NCBI RefSeq assembly: GCF_009914755.1
Contig: NC_060932.1
Strand: one strand, 5' to 3'
Length of the DNA: 64,000 nt
Source of the DNA: the human T2T-CHM13v2.0 reference genome, Homo sapiens
Under the pieces are notes generated by a model. That model was given only the letters and a program-made list of their open reading frames with translations. It was not told the DNA's origin and did no database searches. This document shows, piece by piece, positions 59,101 through 64,000 of this stretch (its first letter is position 1; each line of letters starts with the position of its first letter). Made by a program: the position numbers and the translations under genes.

Positions 59101-61952
59101 GCTAAAATAAAACATAGGTTAGAAATTATTTGTGAGCCACATAATTTATGTTGACCAGAGATTGCAAAAGCAGTCCTTTTCAGAATATAGAACAGAGTGG
59201 TAATGCGATGCTAACACATTGTAGTTGAAAATCCCGCTGCTGAAGGTAATAGTATTGTGTAAAGACCACTCTCCCAACCAGAGCTTTCCTGCTTTTCAAA
59301 TCACTCCTTTTTCAGCTTCATTTTCCTTGATGGCAGCAAATTTTTTTTTTACTTTACCCCTTCAATGAGATTAGCACTTGTTGCATTGCCAAGTCATAGC
59401 CAGTCTGCTGAAAGCCACCATCTAGGCTATATGGCACAATGGCTTGAGAAACTGTGATTTAAATGAACAGCAAATGTAAGCGATTCCTTGGCATTTCCTT
59501 TCTGAGGTTTATAAAATGGTGTCTGCCTGTCAACTAAATAAAAAAAATTAGTTCTATTTGCAGCAGGATGCCGCTGGAATCAACTGAATGCCAGGAGAGT
59601 AGACAGGAGAAATTCACATAATTCTTTAAAAATTTTTGGCTCATAGCTCCCTCTACCTTCCCTATTTCCAGGTTATATTTCAGATGGGGGTTCAAGTGGA
59701 AGTCAAACAGAACAACAAAAAAAAGATGTTCAACAAAACCCTAGAGACTTGAAGCCAGAATCCATCAAAAATAGGAGTAAACCCTGGCCCCACGTTACTA
59801 AAAATGCACCTGAAAGTGAACTGCCTGTGCCTGTGCCTTGCCGAGAGGTGAAGCAGTCTTAGTCCATTAGGTGATGCCGTGGTCGGGCATTGTGGTTTGG
59901 GTGGGTAGTGTCTGTGAGCATCTGGGGTCACTAGGAGTCTTTTCTCAGCAGCATATGCATACAGATATTTTGATTTATATCTATTTTCATGTTGCACTTC
60001 TGGTGCTGTTTGTCTTATAGTGAAAGGAAATCATAGATGGAAATCCTCTGAACAATTCAAAATTTTACAGAAATAAAAGATTTTAATATAACCAAAGGAC
60101 AACAGGAATTCAAGTCCCAATTTCTGCTGGTTAGAATTCTAGAGATTGTCTTACTGTCCTGTGATGGAGCTGAGTGGGGCACTTCATTCCTGTTGCAGTG
60201 ACCTCTCCGTAGAAAATGTTCTCCCTGTTTCTATCAGTTTGTCTGACCAGGTGGAATCTAACCATAGCCTTCAAATTTTTGATATGCACTGCAGGAATCC
60301 ACCTGAATTCTGACAACATAATGCTGCTTAGGATGTCACATGGGCTTGGAGTTAGGGGGGAAGTATGCTTCAGTACATTGACTGGTACCACTCAGGATCT
60401 TCTGGCTATGTCATTGAATCTGTTTCTCAAAAGGCTATTCTCCCTTCAACAGTCTTTCTGACAGCTTGTGACTCAAGATCTCCATTAGCCGCGTGGGGAA
60501 AGTTGGGAAGCAGCATGGGTATACAGAGAGAGGCCGCACATGGAGTTGGAGGCTTGCTGCGAGGGACCACTTTGATTTTTCCATTTCTGGCATTTCGGGT
60601 TTCTTTTGCACATGGTTTCCAAGTGCTGTTCCTGAATATACCTCTGAATTATAGATTCCATTAGGTACACGAAATCTAGGGATTTGGGCATTTGCTATCC
60701 CATGTAGGTGAGAGGCCTCTATTTTGATTTTCTTAAAGGTGAGTTTGTATTCATGCCATTAAGAGAATATGAAGATTAAATGCCACAGAAGCAAATGAGC
60801 TCAATGCCTATACCACTCTTGGAGGGTAGCCAGAATCCTGAGCCATCCTGGACAGCTAGAGAGAGGGGCCACCTTTCAAATGCATGTGCTTTTGCAGTTC
60901 GTTGTTGAATTATATGGTACCTGCCTGGGAATATAAAGGAGGGTTTTATATCTGCAGAGACAAGATCCCAGGGGTCCATGCTAATGCCTCACCTGTTTAA
61001 CTCTTGTTCATATTCCCTTTAGGCCTTCAAGATAGACCAAGATCCTGTGTAGCAAATCCTAAGTAATAATTTCTGGTTCTTTGAATTTCATTCACCTAGT
61101 TTCAATTTCACTACTAACATACTTTGGTTCATAATTTAAAAGGAAGGATTTATGTGCATATAGTAATTTCAAAAGGGGACTTGGTATCTATTATTCTATA
61201 GTGTCTTTCTGCCCTTGAGCTCACAGGCCTTTGTAGATGATAAGAAAGTATATCTTGAAGGGTATTTTTTGACTTGTCCGGAGGGCTACCTTTCTGACTG
61301 ATCAGCTTTAGAGAATTCCTATTGTCAGACAGTGAAACTTTTGTCCAATCAGAAGCCTTAGGGAAGCTCTCCAGCAAGATTCTTTATACAGATCTGTGCA
61401 GAAAAATTAAAGGTCAAATATGAGAGGGATTTCCCTTTTCAGCAGCACTCAGCCAAAGAATTGAGCTATGAGTAAACTCTTCAGTACAGAAATGCATTAG
61501 GAATTAGGTTCCAGGAATACAGAACTATTCCTCTAACGTTTGCATCGCCAAAATACAACGGGGTTTTTCTGGTGTTCCCGCCAGACCTTCATAAATGGGC
61601 CTTTCCTCCTTGGAACTGTCTGCAGTTCAGATAGGGTTCCCCACATGAGCAGTTAGACAATAATAACTGGATAGATTTTCCCCAGGGATGATTAATGGCA
61701 TGTCAGAAATTTAGAAAAATAGGCAGTTTTTAAAACACACGGCTTTATACATTATAAAAAGTTTTAAAAATATCTTTATTAAAATAACAGTTAAATGATT
61801 CTGTGCTTGTTGGTAGGATAAAGCTCTTTTCCTATGGGTTAATTGTGGCTGTGTCTTCTTTGAGTTTTGCATGGCTGAAAGTTGGCTGTGGAGTGTCTCT
61901 CTCAGCAGCTCACCCTAAGAGACCTACCTTGCCTTGCTCATCTTGGGAGACA

Positions 61953-62231
61953 TCTTTTTGTTGTTGTTGTTGCCCAGGCTGGGGTGCAGTGTTGCGATCT
62001 CAGCTTACTGCAACTTCCGCCTCCCGGGTTAAGTGATTCTCTTGCCTCAGCCTCCTGAGTAGCTGGGATTACCGGCACCTGCCACCATGCCCAGGTAATT
62101 TTTGTATTTTTAGTAGACATAGGGTTTCATCATGTTGCCCAGGTTGGTCTCGACCTCTTGACCTCAAATGATTTGCCTACCTTGGTCTCCCAAAGTTCTG
62201 GGATTACAGGCGTGAGCCACTGCACCTGGCC
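61953..62231 (-). mobile_element. Alu (J/early S)
   Basis: Antisense dimer with (GTT)n head; ends gattacaggcgtgagccactgcacctggcc. Confidence 0.92.
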
Positions 62232-62309
62232 TTGCAAGGCATCTTTAACACATTTTCTTTATATTTATTAGTACTTTTTTTTTCCTTCAAGAAGCCAAAA
62301 AGAGGAACG

Positions 62310-62745
62310 GTGCATTGCCTAAAATTGGGTTTCCTGGGAAACAGACTCTGGACTGGAGCAAAGGAGTATGGCTGAGGAGTGTTCCTGGGATCAACACCTG
62401 TGGAACAAGAGGGAAGGAGGACCAGACAGAGAACCACAATGTAATCACCAAGAAGGCTGCATCTTGTCCTGATCCCACAGAGAGCTCTGGGCTGGAACAG
62501 CCCTGCAGAGTTGTCCTGGCTTGAGGCAAGGAGACAGGGCCTTCATCCAACCATGTGTGCCAAACCACCGGCTGTGTACTGCCCCTGGGGTGTGGGCATG
62601 GACCTGGCAGGGCAGCTTCCCTGGGTTAAGAGTAGCCCCCAGAGAGGGTCTTAGCTGAGAGCCTTGACCTAATGCTCCCAACAGCTGGGGCAATGAGTCG
62701 CTTAGTCCTGAAGGGAGACATCTGGGTGTCACACCACGGCAGCCA
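62310..62745 (-). mobile_element. ERVL LTR (LTR16-like)
   Basis: 'ttgggtttcctgggaaacagactctg...gggatcaacacctgtgg...cttagtcctgaagggagacatctgggtg'; opposite-orientation counterpart of the motifs at 30815-31218. Confidence 0.7.
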
Positions 62746-64000
62746 CGCCACTCTCCTTATGTGGCTTAGCTCTTAAGGTATGCAAAAACGTGATGAAGCT
62801 CTTTCCCGTGGTACTCTCTGTTTCCTACCAACATATTTGTTTGGTTGATTTTGGGGATAAAGTTCCTCTATGTAGTGTGTCTGTGTGTGTGTGTTTGTGT
62901 GTAAGCCATATATCATATAGCTATCACATGATAACATATATACATTATATCATATATCATAATACAATATATACATGATCTATTTTTATATCTACCCTAG
63001 TGGGCTATGCTGGTGTGCTTAGGATTTTATAGGTCTTTATGGATATCTAGAGGCAGACAAAATACTGGAGAGAAGTACTTTTGAAATAAGTTTTTAAAAA
63101 ACATGTCTGCTTTGAAAATCATCTGCCAGGTCTAGGTGTGGCCTGAAGGACCACAGAGTCCTCAGCTCTGGTTGTCCAAGTGTTCGTAGTCATATGATGA
63201 CAAAGAAAGCATTTTCCCTCTGAGAGTGGTTTGTAACCACTTTGTGGAACTTGGACAGTAAAATGTGTTCTTAGACCAGAGAAGCACACACCTTGCTGAG
63301 GAGTGTTGGCTCAGAAACCTTGGTCAAGAGAATGGCCAAGTTCTAGAGGGCTGTGGGGGAAAAACTGGAGACCTGCAGGCTGTTCCAGGGTTGACTAGAT
63401 CCTGCTGTTGAGTGACACATTTCCAAATTAATCAATCTGTGCAGTGCCTTAAATTTGTATAGTTTCCGACCTGACATTTTCATTATCCTGTTTGGGGTTG
63501 CTATTGCAACTTCTTCCAATATGATTTTATGGATGAGGATATAGAGGACTCATGAGATTAAGCCAGTTGCCCACGTTCTGTGTGGCTTAGAAGTAAGGCA
63601 ATCATACATTCCGGTTTGTTCGAAATGGTCCTCTGTTGTTTCAGTGTAATTGTTGGTTGTACCTCCTTTTTATTCACACGAGTTTCTTGGTTCAGATGAT
63701 ACATGATCTGGCTTTTGGGCTCAGGCTTCTTGACACTGAATCTGCCTCTCAGGCTTTCTCTAACACCTTGCAGTGGTCTTAGAAAGTTATAGTTTCTCAA
63801 CTTCATGTGGCTTCTGGGACCTGGAACAGTCTCTTCTCCACCAAGCAGGTGTTGGCTCTGCCAGGGTTCTGCCCACTGTCTTCCACAACACCAGTTAGGA
63901 GAAACCAGAATCTATTGTATTTTCCACTAAGGGATTTTTTTTCTCAAACATATATGATCACAAAAATCTGGCCCAAAAGAAACACAGATGTAAGGCAGAG

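Overview
Primate (hominid, very probably human) non-coding genomic DNA: AT-rich, CpG-depleted and dominated by interspersed repeats (L1PA/L1M, Alu, one SVA, MaLR/ERVL LTRs, L2, MIR, L3/CR1, hAT MITEs). I find no intact protein-coding gene, RNA gene or CpG island. Most long ORFs in the track lie in L1, Alu, LTR or VNTR sequence. The most notable structures are: (1) a 5'-truncated SVA with a ~170-bp 3' transduction and 17-bp TSD, nested in an L1PA that sits inside an MLT2 LTR; (2) an L1PA4/5-like element whose internal deletion fuses ORF1 in frame to ORF2, plus a small fold-back insertion; (3) a 51-bp x ~10 G-rich minisatellite; (4) a twin-primed, 5'-inverted old L1; (5) candidate minus-strand exons with strong splice signals that may belong to a lncRNA. 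I cannot support a wholly new biological system from this sequence. Subfamily names come from remembered consensus motifs, and the boundaries of old repeats are approximate.
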